In this document: positions 40,810 to 52,700 of the stretch, one piece after another
Numbering within the stretch: position 1 is the first letter of the stretch
Layout of the letters: each line of letters begins with the position of its first letter
Virus record (IMG/VR): IMGVR_UViG_3300021335_000006
Coordinates: 1-64,000 of that record
Reading direction: 5' to 3' (one strand)
Source of the DNA: an uncultured virus (IMG/VR IMGVR_UViG_3300021335_000006)
Taxonomy: Duplodnaviria; Heunggongvirae; Uroviricota; Caudoviricetes
Length of the DNA: 64,000 bases
Made by a program: the position numbers and the translations under genes
Notes under the pieces: model-generated
Told to the model about the DNA's origin: nothing
The model's database searches: none
Seen by the model: the letters and a program-made list of their open reading frames with translations, nothing else

Positions 40810-43800
40810 ATGGCTTTGACAGATAAGAACATTTTAATTACGCCCAATATAGGGTCGTCTTCGGACGATCCCAAAATTGAGTTTACCTCTGCGACTAGTA
40901 CAGAGCTAAATACGGCCACGCTGTCCGTTGATCATATCAGTGCGACCAAGTCTCAACTCACGTTAGCTGCCGCTGATTTTTTACTCAACGGAAACAATTT
41001 AAAGTTGACGGGAACTGGCACTAACGGGCGAGTCGATTTCAACAACACTCTCGCAAGCTTCGATTGGCTTTTCTATCAGAATGATGACGGAAAACTGATC
41101 GCTACTGTATCGGGTACAGGTGGAGCGGAATTACAACTTACTAGCGATGGTGCTGATCACACAAACGCACAATTGGACGTTGGTGGAAACAGAGTACTTA
41201 CAACAGCAGACGAAGGAACTCTTGATGCGGGTACATTAGACTCCTTAAACTCAACACAGTTTGTCCGAAGCGATGCTGACGATACTATGACAGGTATCCT
41301 AACGCTTACTAATTCCTCTGACAGACAGCTAATTCTAAACGGAAATGGAACTACTTACGCTGGTATACAATTTACTGATGTTGATGCTACAGATTATCTC
41401 TGGTACAGAGGATTAACCGGAACGTTTGCCATTGGTGGGGGCGGATCAAGCATAGTCGGTAAAAAGCTTCATATTGACGGCGGTACAACGATTGGTGCCG
41501 CTTCAGATGGAACTACACCTCCGACTGATGGATTATATATTCAAGGCGGATTGACTATCGCAGGTCTTGGTGCTGATGCTCAGACAACCGCTTTAATGAT
41601 CAATGGATCAGATCAAGTAAGCACAAGAGCGCTAGGCACAAACGCATTTAGCTCAGATGACTACGTAGACTTTTATGATACTTATCTCGCCGCAGATGCA
41701 TCATATCTCACTGGCTATGAAAACGACACAAGAGAATTCGTCATCTCAGGTGACGTGAACACTACAGGTAGCACAAACTTTCCAAGTCAGTTTGGTGTAA
41801 CTTGGGGATTCAGGCCGATTAGTGGAGCAAATGGTAGTAACTGGGGCAGACACTTTGATCTATTTAAAACTAGCACGTCTTCTGTTCCTCTTTACGTAAG
41901 AGGTAGAAATAATTCTACTGGAGCACCTGGTGCTTGGCAAAGAATCTTCATGGATGACTATCATCCAAACGCAGATCAGTGGACAACATCAAGAACTCTT
42001 ACTATAGGAAATACTGGAAAAGCAGTCAACGGTGGAGCAAATGTATCTTGGAGTTTAGCTGAAATCGGAGCGCTTCCGTTGTCGGGGGGATCTCTCAGCG
42101 GAAACTTAGAGATAGCTACTGGCTCTCCCGTACTGGAAGTGAATGACACCAATGCTACTACCCAGACAAATCAAATAGGTTATGTCAGTTTTCAGCGACA
42201 AGGCACAGAAACAGCTTGGGTTGGCCTTGGAAGCATTGGTAATGACATATTGACTCTAAGAAACACGGAAGGCGAGGTTAGATTATCTCCGACTGGAGGC
42301 ATTGCCACAGTCGATGGAAATGAGATTCTAACGACAGCAAATTATAATACAACTACCGACACCCGTTACTATACTCAAGCTCAAGTTGACGAATTCCTTG
42401 ACGATAGTTATGTCGATAACGTTACAGCAACTAATTTAGCTGTTGGGTGGTACACAATTGCAACTGTCAGCTCTGGTAGAGCGGGCGCTCGATTTGCTAT
42501 TTGGGATATCAATAGTAGTGACCATCAGATGGTTGTGTTTTACGCCGCTCATCATTATGGTACCGATGCGTCTAACACTTTAACGTGCTTAATGAATTCC
42601 TACTTTGCGGGAAATCCATTTAGATATATTCGCATTAAAGAACTTGGTACATATGATGGAGCCGCAGTTCAAATTTATATTGATGATGGTTCTAATCAAG
42701 TTAGAGCCGCTATTGTTGGAGATAACGTCCAAACTCCTAGTTGGGTATTAAAAGACTGGATACCAGATGCTACGGACCCGGGTAATGTCTCAACCGCAAG
42801 TAATTCGACAAACGGAACAACATCCGCATGGGCGTCCTTCACTGAAGCGTCTAGATTGGACTTAAATCAAATAGCACAGGGCGGCATTTCAACAACTGGT
42901 CCGATATACGCTGATGGTGATACTGTACAGTATAGAGTTATTCATGAAGGTGCAAATTCTGTAAGTCCAACACTAACTGGAGATAATACACTAACGTTTG
43001 GCCCGAATAGTAATCCAGCGGCAAACACTTTAAGAATAGGGGGTAATAATGCGGGGCCGGCCGCAGACAGAGCATCGATAGCAATTTCCAGCGGAAACTT
43101 ACACGTAGATTGTGTTGAGGGTGGATATGGAATTTATTTAAACTGGTATGCTAACACTACAAACGGAACATATTTTGGAGATGGTGCGGGTTCTGAAAAA
43201 GCTAGATTTGATGGTAATGGACAACTTTTTTTAACAGGAAACCAAAATAATGGAACTGGACACCGTATTACTTTTCAAGATGATGGTAGCCCCGGTTTAA
43301 GCGGAGGAATTGGCTTTACCGGATCTCTGGGTAATGGAGGAGGATATAACGCTTCCTTGCAATCAGCAGGAGAACTCCAATATTCTGCAGCGGGACATTT
43401 CTTTGCTGATACTTCTGTGGTTAATACCGGAGTACCTAATGCTTGGCATAGAATGAATGGGGACTTTACATGGGGAACAAATAGTGGTTCTAATGTCTTA
43501 ACCCAAATGACTTTTGATACAAGTGCTGGAGACCTTACCGTTGCTGGTGACATGTATACCAGTGGATATAAAGTAGTCACCTCTCCAAATGGTCCTACTG
43601 GAGATTTTAATACACAAACAGTTACAACTTATGTTGGAGCGCTTAACGCAAATGCAAATACTCCGTTTGGAAATGCTTGGTATAATTTAGTAAATGTTCG
43701 TCATCGAGGCGGAGAGAGTGACGGAAATCAATACGGTGGACAATTAGCATGGGGAATGACGGGTTTTGATGGTAGACTTGCATTTCGTAGACACAATGCA

Positions 43801-44934
43801 AATACTTGGGGAAATTGGTACGAAGTTTATCACACAGGTAATTCAGGAATCTTTTTAAGATCGGATACTGACGATACTGCCGCAGGACAGATCACATTCC
43901 CGACTGCGATTGCAAATCGACCCGTACTAGGACAAGGATTTATATCAAGAGGCGATCAAGGTGATGGTGATCACGATATTCATGGCTTGAGCGAAAGATA
44001 TTATCCTAGCAATGCTACAGCGGCTGATGCTTGGGGACTACAATGGTATGGAACTGGAAATCAGTATCGATTCAAAGGGGCCGGAAGCAATAAAGTCATC
44101 ATCGACTTAAATGCTGAAACTACAACAAACTCTGCTACGGGTGGAATACTTGTTAGTGATTCTTATCGTCGAATTAGCGCTGGTCGTGGATTTTTAAACG
44201 GCAATTATCCTGATATAGAAAATGCAGGAACGACAAATACTACAGGTCCTATCTATTGCATTGGTAATAGTTGGTATCCCGGCACCACAACTCTTGGTAA
44301 TTTTTATGGAGTTGGATATACGTATTCAAGCGCAACATTTTTACCATATGACACCGCTAGATGGGGCATGTATGTAGCGGCAGATGGTGATGCAAGAATA
44401 TGGTTGCAGGCAACAAATGGAAACATTTTTGCAACAGGAAATATCACTGCATACGCATCAGACGGTCGCTTAAAAACTAATGTCAAAAAGATTGAAAACG
44501 CACTTGATAAAGTTTGTAAAATTCGTGGTGTAGAATATGATTGGGTAGATAATATCGAAACAGAATATGAATTCTCACCGACTGCGATGCATGAGGTTGG
44601 TGTTATCGCTCAAGAAGTACAAGAAGTTCTTCCCGAGGTTGTGACTACTGCTCCATTCAATGGCATCTACTCTCAGAAAACTGGATGGTCTAAGATTCAG
44701 CGACAAATGGAAGAAGAGCTTGGCCGTGAAGTTACAAAAGAAGAAGCAAAGAATAAGTTTGAAGAATTACCTATTGAAGAACGAGAAGCAATGCAAGAAG
44801 ATTATAACTTCTTGACTGTTGACTATGAGAGAATTACTCCGCTTCTTATCGAGGCTATAAAAGAGCAACAAGAGCTAATAAATAATATGCAACAACGTAT
44901 TGATGCTCTCGAAAAAGATCGCAAGGAATCCTAA
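40810..44934 (+). CDS. Tail fibre 1 with peptidase S74 chaperone
   Basis: N-terminal DKNILITPN; FVRSDADD and FLRSDTDD fibre motifs; C-terminal AYASDGRLKTN...VGVIAQEVQEVLPE...VDYERITPLLIEAIKEQQ. Confidence 0.85.
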   Translation: MALTDKNILITPNIGSSSDDPKIEFTSATSTELNTATLSVDHISATKSQLTLAAADFLLNGNNLKLTGTGTNGRVDFNNTLASFDWLFYQNDDGKLIATVSGTGGAELQLTSDGADHTNAQLDVGGNRVLTTADEGTLDAGTLDSLNSTQFVRSDADDTMTGILTLTNSSDRQLILNGNGTTYAGIQFTDVDATDYLWYRGLTGTFAIGGGGSSIVGKKLHIDGGTTIGAASDGTTPPTDGLYIQGGLTIAGLGADAQTTALMINGSDQVSTRALGTNAFSSDDYVDFYDTYLAADASYLTGYENDTREFVISGDVNTTGSTNFPSQFGVTWGFRPISGANGSNWGRHFDLFKTSTSSVPLYVRGRNNSTGAPGAWQRIFMDDYHPNADQWTTSRTLTIGNTGKAVNGGANVSWSLAEIGALPLSGGSLSGNLEIATGSPVLEVNDTNATTQTNQIGYVSFQRQGTETAWVGLGSIGNDILTLRNTEGEVRLSPTGGIATVDGNEILTTANYNTTTDTRYYTQAQVDEFLDDSYVDNVTATNLAVGWYTIATVSSGRAGARFAIWDINSSDHQMVVFYAAHHYGTDASNTLTCLMNSYFAGNPFRYIRIKELGTYDGAAVQIYIDDGSNQVRAAIVGDNVQTPSWVLKDWIPDATDPGNVSTASNSTNGTTSAWASFTEASRLDLNQIAQGGISTTGPIYADGDTVQYRVIHEGANSVSPTLTGDNTLTFGPNSNPAANTLRIGGNNAGPAADRASIAISSGNLHVDCVEGGYGIYLNWYANTTNGTYFGDGAGSEKARFDGNGQLFLTGNQNNGTGHRITFQDDGSPGLSGGIGFTGSLGNGGGYNASLQSAGELQYSAAGHFFADTSVVNTGVPNAWHRMNGDFTWGTNSGSNVLTQMTFDTSAGDLTVAGDMYTSGYKVVTSPNGPTGDFNTQTVTTYVGALNANANTPFGNAWYNLVNVRHRGGESDGNQYGGQLAWGMTGFDGRLAFRRHNANTWGNWYEVYHTGNSGIFLRSDTDDTAAGQITFPTAIANRPVLGQGFISRGDQGDGDHDIHGLSERYYPSNATAADAWGLQWYGTGNQYRFKGAGSNKVIIDLNAETTTNSATGGILVSDSYRRISAGRGFLNGNYPDIENAGTTNTTGPIYCIGNSWYPGTTTLGNFYGVGYTYSSATFLPYDTARWGMYVAADGDARIWLQATNGNIFATGNITAYASDGRLKTNVKKIENALDKVCKIRGVEYDWVDNIETEYEFSPTAMHEVGVIAQEVQEVLPEVVTTAPFNGIYSQKTGWSKIQRQMEEELGREVTKEEAKNKFEELPIEEREAMQEDYNFLTVDYERITPLLIEAIKEQQELINNMQQRIDALEKDRKES
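44877..44884 (+). promoter_or_regulatory. Late promoter variant AATAAATA (intragenic)
   Basis: ~50 nt upstream of the fibre 2 start. Confidence 0.5.
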
Positions 44935-47900
44935 TGGCCTGGGAAGATAAAAACATACTGATTACTCCCAATGTAGGATCAAATTCTAACGATCCTAAGA
45001 TTGAATTTACGGGCGCTAACGCAACAGCAAACAGTGTTGTTACTCTCACAACTAGTTTTGATGGAACTAATACGTCTCTAGCAATAACGGGCGGTCAGCT
45101 TACAACTGACACTTATATGTCAGTTGATGGACTCATATTAGGTCGTGGTGGCCCGAGTACCACATCATCCACAAACACTGCATTTGGACTGAATGCAAAT
45201 GCTGTTAGTACGTCTTCAAATAACACTGCGATAGGTCGTAATGCAAATACTGCGAACGTACAAGGATTTGAAAATACAGTTGTTGGTGCTCAGGCATTAT
45301 CTACTGCGACTAATGTAGATCGAAACACAGCGATTGGATATCTTACGCTAAACGCTGTGACCACCGATGCTAATACAGCGCTTGGCTGGTCTGCATCAAG
45401 ATATCAAACGACAGGCGCTCAAAACACCGCAATAGGATACTCTGCGCTCGAACTGAACGAGACGGGTAACTATAACGTCATGGTCGGCTATCGTGCAATG
45501 GATCAAAACGTTGATGGAGATGAAAACGTTGGTGTTGGACACAGTGCTTTCGGATTTTTAGCATCAGGAGACAAAAACACTGCGCTAGGTCACGGCACTG
45601 GATCTACACTTACATCAGGATCAAACAACTTATTATTGGGATGGAATGCTGAGCCTACTTCTGCGACATCATCAAATGAAATTGTAATTGGAAATACTCA
45701 ACATACAAGTTTCGATATACCCGGCGTTGGATTCAGTATTTCTTCAACCGAAGATGTAACAGTGGGTGGTGCGCTTGTTACAGGCGGCGCAGTTGGCGTA
45801 GGCACCTCAAATCCTAGTACACAGCTACAAGTTATTGATGATAGCACTAGAGTTCTTGGAGATGAACATCAACTAACACATTCCGCATTGGATTTATTTG
45901 TCAACTGGGAATCTGATACAGTAGGAAAGGGGCCTTTGCTGACATTCAGCGATAACTACTTTGACGGTAACGGTGCGCAAAGAACTACAAGAGCAGGCAT
46001 TAAAGGCGTTACTGAAGCTACAGGTAATACTGCTGTAGGATCTTTAGTTTTTTACACTAACGATAGTCCTGCTGATAGTCTTTTTGAGAGAATGATTATC
46101 ACCTCTACGGGAAAAGTTGGCATAGGTACTAACAATCCGGACGGGTTGTTGCATATATCTGGAGGCACTGGAAGCTCACTTCTTATTATTGAAGCAGACA
46201 CGGATGATGTAGGCGAAGCTGATCACCCAGGCATTTGGTTTAAGCAAGATGGAGACATTACAGAATCAGCGATTCGCTTAGGAGATAATCAACTTCAAAT
46301 TATAAGCAATGTCGGCACTGGCGGGGGGATTGAGTTTTACACAGGAACGACAAGTAACTCTGGAACTACAGATCCTGTTACTGGCGCAACAAAAAGACTT
46401 GAAATTTCTTCGGGGGGTGACATATTTCACTATTCAGGCGAAAGTGATGCTATTCTTAGGACGGGTAGAGATGCGGGACAGCACTTCGAACTTTATACTA
46501 CAGATAATACCGGATATATTAGATATCGTCAAGACGAAGTTTCGCCAGGTACGAACGACCATACAGTGCGCTTCGAGATTCTATCATCTAGCGACGGTGC
46601 AAACGAATTTACGTTCAATCGCCCAGTTAGAGTTACAGGCACTGTTTTCGCAGATCAATTTGAAGATAACGGATTTCCGCTATCTCGTGAATCGCAGAAA
46701 ACATATACTACTGCAACATTTGGAGTATCGGGTAGTTGGTATACATTATTTGAAGTTACTGAAAGCAATGCCCCCGTTTATGTTAGACTGAAAAACGCCG
46801 CTCACTCTACATCTACGTTTGTTGTAACTGTGGGATATGGACCATCAAACACCGCATATATTCACAATCTTGCAAGCACATGGACGCAAAACGGTGCCTG
46901 GCCAGGTGCAGCTGCAGCACGAGTAGTTCGAGACGATACTAGCGGACTCATGTATGTTCAGATTAAATTAACTTATAGTTCTATATCAGCATTTACTTTA
47001 TACTGTAGTGCTTGGGGAGCTGCATCGAATCAACAGCCGCCTACATTTGAATCTGCTTTAGCACCCTATACTGCTTCCAACACACTTCTTGCTGAAGTAC
47101 AATTGGACAACAGTGTTGCAACCTCGTCCGCAAGCACAAGTGGCAGCTATCGAGTTGGCGGAAAACTGGAAGTAAATAGTGGTCAGATATCTCAGTTTGG
47201 ATCCTTCACAATACCGAACGGACAAGCATACTTATCAACAGATGATTATGGAACAAATCAGGGAGATAATCGCACACACTTCGGATATTATGACAGCACT
47301 GCTGGAACGTATCTAAACTATATTCGGGGTGATGCTACTCTTTTTAGTACGCAAGCTGTCACAGTTCAAGGTCTAATTGACGCTGGAGATGAAGATACTG
47401 TAACAGGATCTAGGATTCTTGCTGGACGATATAATTCAGACACTATCGCTACTTGGGGAGGACAAAGATCGTCCGGTGGTCCCGTTATGGGATATGGAGT
47501 CTGGCCTGCTACAACAGGTGGGGGAGGAGACTGGGTTAGTTCTAGCGGAGTAGCACTCGAAAGAAGTGCTTTTGTGCTTAATGGCGACATTTTCCAATGG
47601 TATCAGGGAACTGGTAATCCTGTAATTGCAGAATCTGATCCAGTAAGTATGAGTGTCAAAATGTCACTAAGTTCTACGGATCTTACGCTGACAGACGCTG
47701 GGATAACAGCGACCGGTGGATCACATACATTTGGTGGAAACGTCACAGGTGCAGTACTAAGACTTAAAGCAACAGATACGGCAGGTGCACCAGCGTCTAC
47801 AACAATCTTTGAAATGACTGGATATGAAGGACGTGGAATAGGGACGAAATATCTTGATACTTTATTTCCTGGCGAAGAGTGGTTCTCTGGAATTATCTAC

Positions 47901-49769
47901 AATAACAACTTCAATGGTTGGGCTGTTGGATATGATGAAGTTGGGGGCCAATCTGAATATATAGCAAACTCAAAGTTATTTGTTAGCGACACTGGATTTG
48001 TAAGTGTTCCAGAAGTATTAGCGATTGGTACAACGGGAACAGTTGTCAGTGATTCTTCTCAGCTTTATATTAAGAAAAGAGATGAAAATACAAATCTTCA
48101 GCGCTGGGGTGAAGGTGATGTAAACGATCAAAATAGCTATCGCTTCCGAGTCGATCAAGACTTTAAGTTTATTGCAAATAGTGGTAGTGGTGATAATGTT
48201 ATTATTGACTCTTCCGATGGTGAAGTTACAGCAAGTAGATTAGTGCTAACAAGCACTGCTGATGCGGCTTTGGCCAGCACTACTCACGCTTTGCAGATTG
48301 GTCCAAGCAATAGCGCTAACATTATCATGGACTCTAATGAAATCATGGCTAGAACTAATGGCGCTAACGCATCGCTAAATTTCCAAGCAGACGGGGGTGA
48401 TGTATACTTTAGAAATAATCAGACAGGTACAACTGGTCTGTACATGAGTGCAAGTCTGTTTTTGGATCAGAGCAGAAATGCATACCTTAATACAGTAGAT
48501 TGTACGTCATTGAGAATCGGAGGAGTGGATGCTCCTCAGAGAACTCGACAAAATATTAATCTAGCGGGACTTAGCCAATCTAATTTTTATCCTGTTGTGA
48601 TATCTCAGTCCACAGGTGGTGCTTACGACAACACATATGAATTTACTATGTCTCAAAGCTCTCAGTCTGGCAGTGATCCTTATAACAACAATATGGTTGT
48701 AGGATGGGCACGTCCACAGGGATATTCAGACATGCAGTTTGGATATCGTTTTGAATATAATGTGTATGATTCTACCGAGAAAACGATTCTCGGAATATAC
48801 AGAACAACAGGAAACCAAAGATTTATAATCGTTTATTTGCGTGGTGGAGAAAACTATTTCTTCCATACAGAGTCAGTAGTCACAGCATATACTACTGGAT
48901 TTAATCCTTCTCCAATTTCCGATCAATCTTCGGCAATGATCAAAAATTCTAGCGGAGCAGATATAGGTGGTCAGACTGGCACCTCAACCAGAATTTCATT
49001 ACTTGCGGATTTATTTAATGATGGTGTTGGGTTGTATACTAATTTCAGTACACATCAACAAGACATAAATTTAGCTTCGGGTCATGTGTTAACTAGAGGC
49101 TCGCATGACTCTGGACATCTTGAAGGATCATATAATAATATTGGGGAAAACTCCGCACGTTCAAATCCAATTTATACAATTGGTAGCAATTATAATCCAT
49201 CTTCAGACACACTAACTTTATCTAACATGTATGGGATCGGATATACGAATACAAATGCTTCATTCATAGGCTTTGCGGACGCTGATGGCTGGGGTCTATA
49301 TGCAGCGGCTGATGGCAATGCAAGGATATTCCTCAATGCTACTACGGGTAGTGTATGTGCAACGGGAAATGTTTTAGCGTATGCGTCTGATGCAAGACTC
49401 AAAACAAATATCCAAAATATACTTAATCCAATTGATAAAGTCAAGAAGATTCGTGGTGTTGAATATGATTGGATAGATGATATCACTTCTGAGTACGACT
49501 TCCATCCTACAAAGCCTCATGAAGTGGGTGTTCTCGCACAAGAGATTCAAGAAGTCTTACCTGAGGCTGTATCGATTGCTCCGTTTAACGGAAACTATAC
49601 GCAAAAGTCTGGAACTGATCACGAGTTTCTTACTGTTGACTATGAGCGAATTGTTCCTTTGCTAATCGAAGCAATCAAAGAGCAACAGCAGGTTATAGAA
49701 GATCAGCAAGAGACAATAAATAATATAAATGATAAACTCGATTTTTTAATGTCTGCGATTTACAAGTAA
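44934..49769 (+). CDS. Tail fibre 2 with NTA(I/L)G repeats and peptidase S74 chaperone
   Basis: N-terminal DKNILITPN; a run of N(T/V)A(I/L/V)G..A repeats; GKVGIGTNNP motif; C-terminal S74 signature AYASDARLKTN...VDYERIVPLLIEAIKEQQ. Confidence 0.85.
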   Translation: MAWEDKNILITPNVGSNSNDPKIEFTGANATANSVVTLTTSFDGTNTSLAITGGQLTTDTYMSVDGLILGRGGPSTTSSTNTAFGLNANAVSTSSNNTAIGRNANTANVQGFENTVVGAQALSTATNVDRNTAIGYLTLNAVTTDANTALGWSASRYQTTGAQNTAIGYSALELNETGNYNVMVGYRAMDQNVDGDENVGVGHSAFGFLASGDKNTALGHGTGSTLTSGSNNLLLGWNAEPTSATSSNEIVIGNTQHTSFDIPGVGFSISSTEDVTVGGALVTGGAVGVGTSNPSTQLQVIDDSTRVLGDEHQLTHSALDLFVNWESDTVGKGPLLTFSDNYFDGNGAQRTTRAGIKGVTEATGNTAVGSLVFYTNDSPADSLFERMIITSTGKVGIGTNNPDGLLHISGGTGSSLLIIEADTDDVGEADHPGIWFKQDGDITESAIRLGDNQLQIISNVGTGGGIEFYTGTTSNSGTTDPVTGATKRLEISSGGDIFHYSGESDAILRTGRDAGQHFELYTTDNTGYIRYRQDEVSPGTNDHTVRFEILSSSDGANEFTFNRPVRVTGTVFADQFEDNGFPLSRESQKTYTTATFGVSGSWYTLFEVTESNAPVYVRLKNAAHSTSTFVVTVGYGPSNTAYIHNLASTWTQNGAWPGAAAARVVRDDTSGLMYVQIKLTYSSISAFTLYCSAWGAASNQQPPTFESALAPYTASNTLLAEVQLDNSVATSSASTSGSYRVGGKLEVNSGQISQFGSFTIPNGQAYLSTDDYGTNQGDNRTHFGYYDSTAGTYLNYIRGDATLFSTQAVTVQGLIDAGDEDTVTGSRILAGRYNSDTIATWGGQRSSGGPVMGYGVWPATTGGGGDWVSSSGVALERSAFVLNGDIFQWYQGTGNPVIAESDPVSMSVKMSLSSTDLTLTDAGITATGGSHTFGGNVTGAVLRLKATDTAGAPASTTIFEMTGYEGRGIGTKYLDTLFPGEEWFSGIIYNNNFNGWAVGYDEVGGQSEYIANSKLFVSDTGFVSVPEVLAIGTTGTVVSDSSQLYIKKRDENTNLQRWGEGDVNDQNSYRFRVDQDFKFIANSGSGDNVIIDSSDGEVTASRLVLTSTADAALASTTHALQIGPSNSANIIMDSNEIMARTNGANASLNFQADGGDVYFRNNQTGTTGLYMSASLFLDQSRNAYLNTVDCTSLRIGGVDAPQRTRQNINLAGLSQSNFYPVVISQSTGGAYDNTYEFTMSQSSQSGSDPYNNNMVVGWARPQGYSDMQFGYRFEYNVYDSTEKTILGIYRTTGNQRFIIVYLRGGENYFFHTESVVTAYTTGFNPSPISDQSSAMIKNSSGADIGGQTGTSTRISLLADLFNDGVGLYTNFSTHQQDINLASGHVLTRGSHDSGHLEGSYNNIGENSARSNPIYTIGSNYNPSSDTLTLSNMYGIGYTNTNASFIGFADADGWGLYAAADGNARIFLNATTGSVCATGNVLAYASDARLKTNIQNILNPIDKVKKIRGVEYDWIDDITSEYDFHPTKPHEVGVLAQEIQEVLPEAVSIAPFNGNYTQKSGTDHEFLTVDYERIVPLLIEAIKEQQQVIEDQQETINNINDKLDFLMSAIYK
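49715..49722 (+). promoter_or_regulatory. Late promoter variant AATAAATA (intragenic)
   Basis: ~57 nt upstream of the fibre 3 start, at a position equivalent to the 44877 site. Confidence 0.5.
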
Positions 49770-49778
49770 AGGACTCAC

Positions 49779-52700
49779 ATGGCCTGGGAAGATAAAAACA
49801 TTTTAATTACGCCCAATGTGGGATCTACAAGTAATGTTCCTAAAATTGAGTTTACTGGAGCAACTAGTACTGAAGCGGACACGATTACACTCAATACTAA
49901 TATTGTAGCTGGAGTTGCGAATCTAACGATCTCCGGTTCAAACGGTGATATCATTCGACTTGACAACAATGCTAATCGAGTGACAATTGATGAACTTAGA
50001 GTAGGTAACTTCAGCGGAACATTTCCTTCGACCTCTACAGGAACTGTGTTGAGAGGTGTAGTTGCTGAACATGCAATGGAAAATCAGGGATTTATCGATC
50101 CCGCTAGTTACAACGTCTTAGCAGGCGCTGATAAAAAATATACAGTTACGACTACAATCAATGGGCTAACTGTTTCTAATTCTGGCAGTCAATTCCTTGG
50201 TGATTCTAATCCTTCTCAATATACGCTTGCGACATCTACAACTCCACTTGTTATAGAAATCACTGATGTTAACGCTACAACATATTCCGCTATTGTAGGA
50301 ATTACTTTTGGATCAGGATCATTTCGTGCTAGAGACGTAAAAATAGAAACGTTTCGAAACGGCGCATGGCAAACTGAGTGTGACATTACAAACGGAACTG
50401 AAAACACCATTGTACGTCCAGTTGCGGGAAACAATGCGAATGGTGTTACAGCGGTTCGATACACACTTAAAAATCCGAACAACGTCAGTGGCGCTGTAAG
50501 AATCAATAATCTTTTCTTAGTCGCATATAATACAAATCGACTAAACTATGGATATGATTGGAATAGGTTTGGCCCAACGACAGCATACAGCACTGTCAAT
50601 ATGACAGATACGACAGCATCAACAAGTACAACAACTGGATCAATGACTCTCGCTGGAGGACTTGGTGTCGCTGGAGCGATTCACTCTGGTAGTCTCACTG
50701 CATCATCCATCGACTCTCCAGATATTAATTCTAGCAGTACAATTTCTGTGGTAACTGTTTCGCCAGATACAACAAATTCGTTATTTGTAGGAAACGCCAA
50801 TGATCAGTTTGCAGATCTTCTATTAACTGATGACGGAGGCTCAATTGTTGTCAGAAACAATCGTGGGGATTTTCAGTTATACGTTGATGGAGATGCAAAT
50901 AGCACCTCAACAGCAAATTCGGCATTAGCTCTAACTATAAGTGGCACATCTTTAGCCGCAACTTTTGAGGGAACTGTTTCCACACAACTAGTTTCAAATG
51001 GCACATATGATTTCTTAGAGTTTGATGACGATACAACAAACTATATCGACGGATCAAATAAGACAGTACTTTCTAGTATCTCTGATATTGTTTTACACTC
51101 AAATGCAAATGCTGGAGGTGGGGGAAAATTCAAGTTTGCAACTGGAGAGATTGGTGCATTAACATATCCAATGATAATTCAGCCATCAGGTGCTATGTCG
51201 CTACTTGGTACAGCAACTGTTGAAGGACTTCAGGCGAACGGAATAAGCACCTTTAGTCCAGATAGCACTTATGTATTATTCGAAAAGCCAACTGGAGCAG
51301 GCTTTCAAACTGTTGCAGGATTCGGGTCGGGAAGTACGGGCACGCTTTTCTTAACTACTCAAAATGCTCATATTTCTTCCAATGTCTATTATAATAATGG
51401 TTGGACTAGTACAGCAACATATGGATCTGCAATTGATCTTGAGTATAGTAATGGAGGAATGCGTCTTTTTGGATTTACGGGACAATCTGCTAATACGGAT
51501 GTATCTGGTGCGTTTACAAGCTTTATAACATGTGAAAATAATGGTGATGTTGCAATTGCTAGAAAACTATCCTCAAAAAATGCTACTGTTATTACTCTCG
51601 CTGATGGAGATGCTGGTCTAGCGATTGATCGAGCATCCGCTACAGGTCGATCTCAAATTGCATTTAGAGATGAAGGATCAATTAACCTTTGGAGATTTGG
51701 ATTAACTGGGCCGGGCAGTACTTCGTTTGCTTTCTTCGATGGTGTCCAGAATGCCTTGGAGCTTTCTTATCAAACGAATGCTGCCACATTTTCTGGACGA
51801 GTAAATGCGGAAAGCTTAGAACTAGAATCTTCAGCAGCTCCTTATATTTACTTTGGAGAGCTTGATCAAGATCCGGATGTTTGGTGGAGACAAGTTCTCG
51901 ATGCTGGAAACTTACGATTTGATATTTCTACAAGTGGATTAAATTCATTTACAACATATCAAGAAGTTCTTCGAATGAAGAGCAACGGGAACGTCGGCAT
52001 TGGAGAAGTCGATCCTGCATTTAAACTTCATGTGCGCAATAATGGCGCTGGTGACGGTACTTTCACGGGTGGCGTTTTGATAGAAAATGATAATGCGACA
52101 GCAGGAGAACCTGCTCTTGCCATTAGAAATACAAGCCTCGGATCTGAGTATTGGTTTGTTGGATTAAATCAAGACGATGAATTATCCTTTAGCTACGGTG
52201 AAACATTTGTTGACGATAATAGTCGAATGAATCTATTACCAACAGGAAATGTGGGTATAGGCGAGAGAGTACCATTAGCTAAACTTCATGTGAAAGATGA
52301 AACTGATCTCAGCATGAACGTCAATGGTACTGGACAAGCTACAATACAAGGCAATGGATATAGATTAGGATTTGCTCTAGATGCTGAAGCGGCTCATATC
52401 TATCATAACAGCAATGTTAGGGATCTAATTTTAGGTACTAACGAATTAGGCCACATAAGAATTAAGGGAAGTAATGGTAATACTGGAATAGGTCGTGGAA
52501 ACATCTTAGTTGAACCTGATTCGCAATTTCATGTATTTGACATTGGGAACTCTGGTGTTTCTGACGTACTGACGATAGAGACATATAGGGGTGATGTTGG
52601 CGCATCGGTTGCTGGTAGTGCAATTGTATTTAAGAATAGTGACACTAACTCAGCGGGTCAATCTAGAATTAAAGTGGGAAGTGAAAACTCTACTAATACA

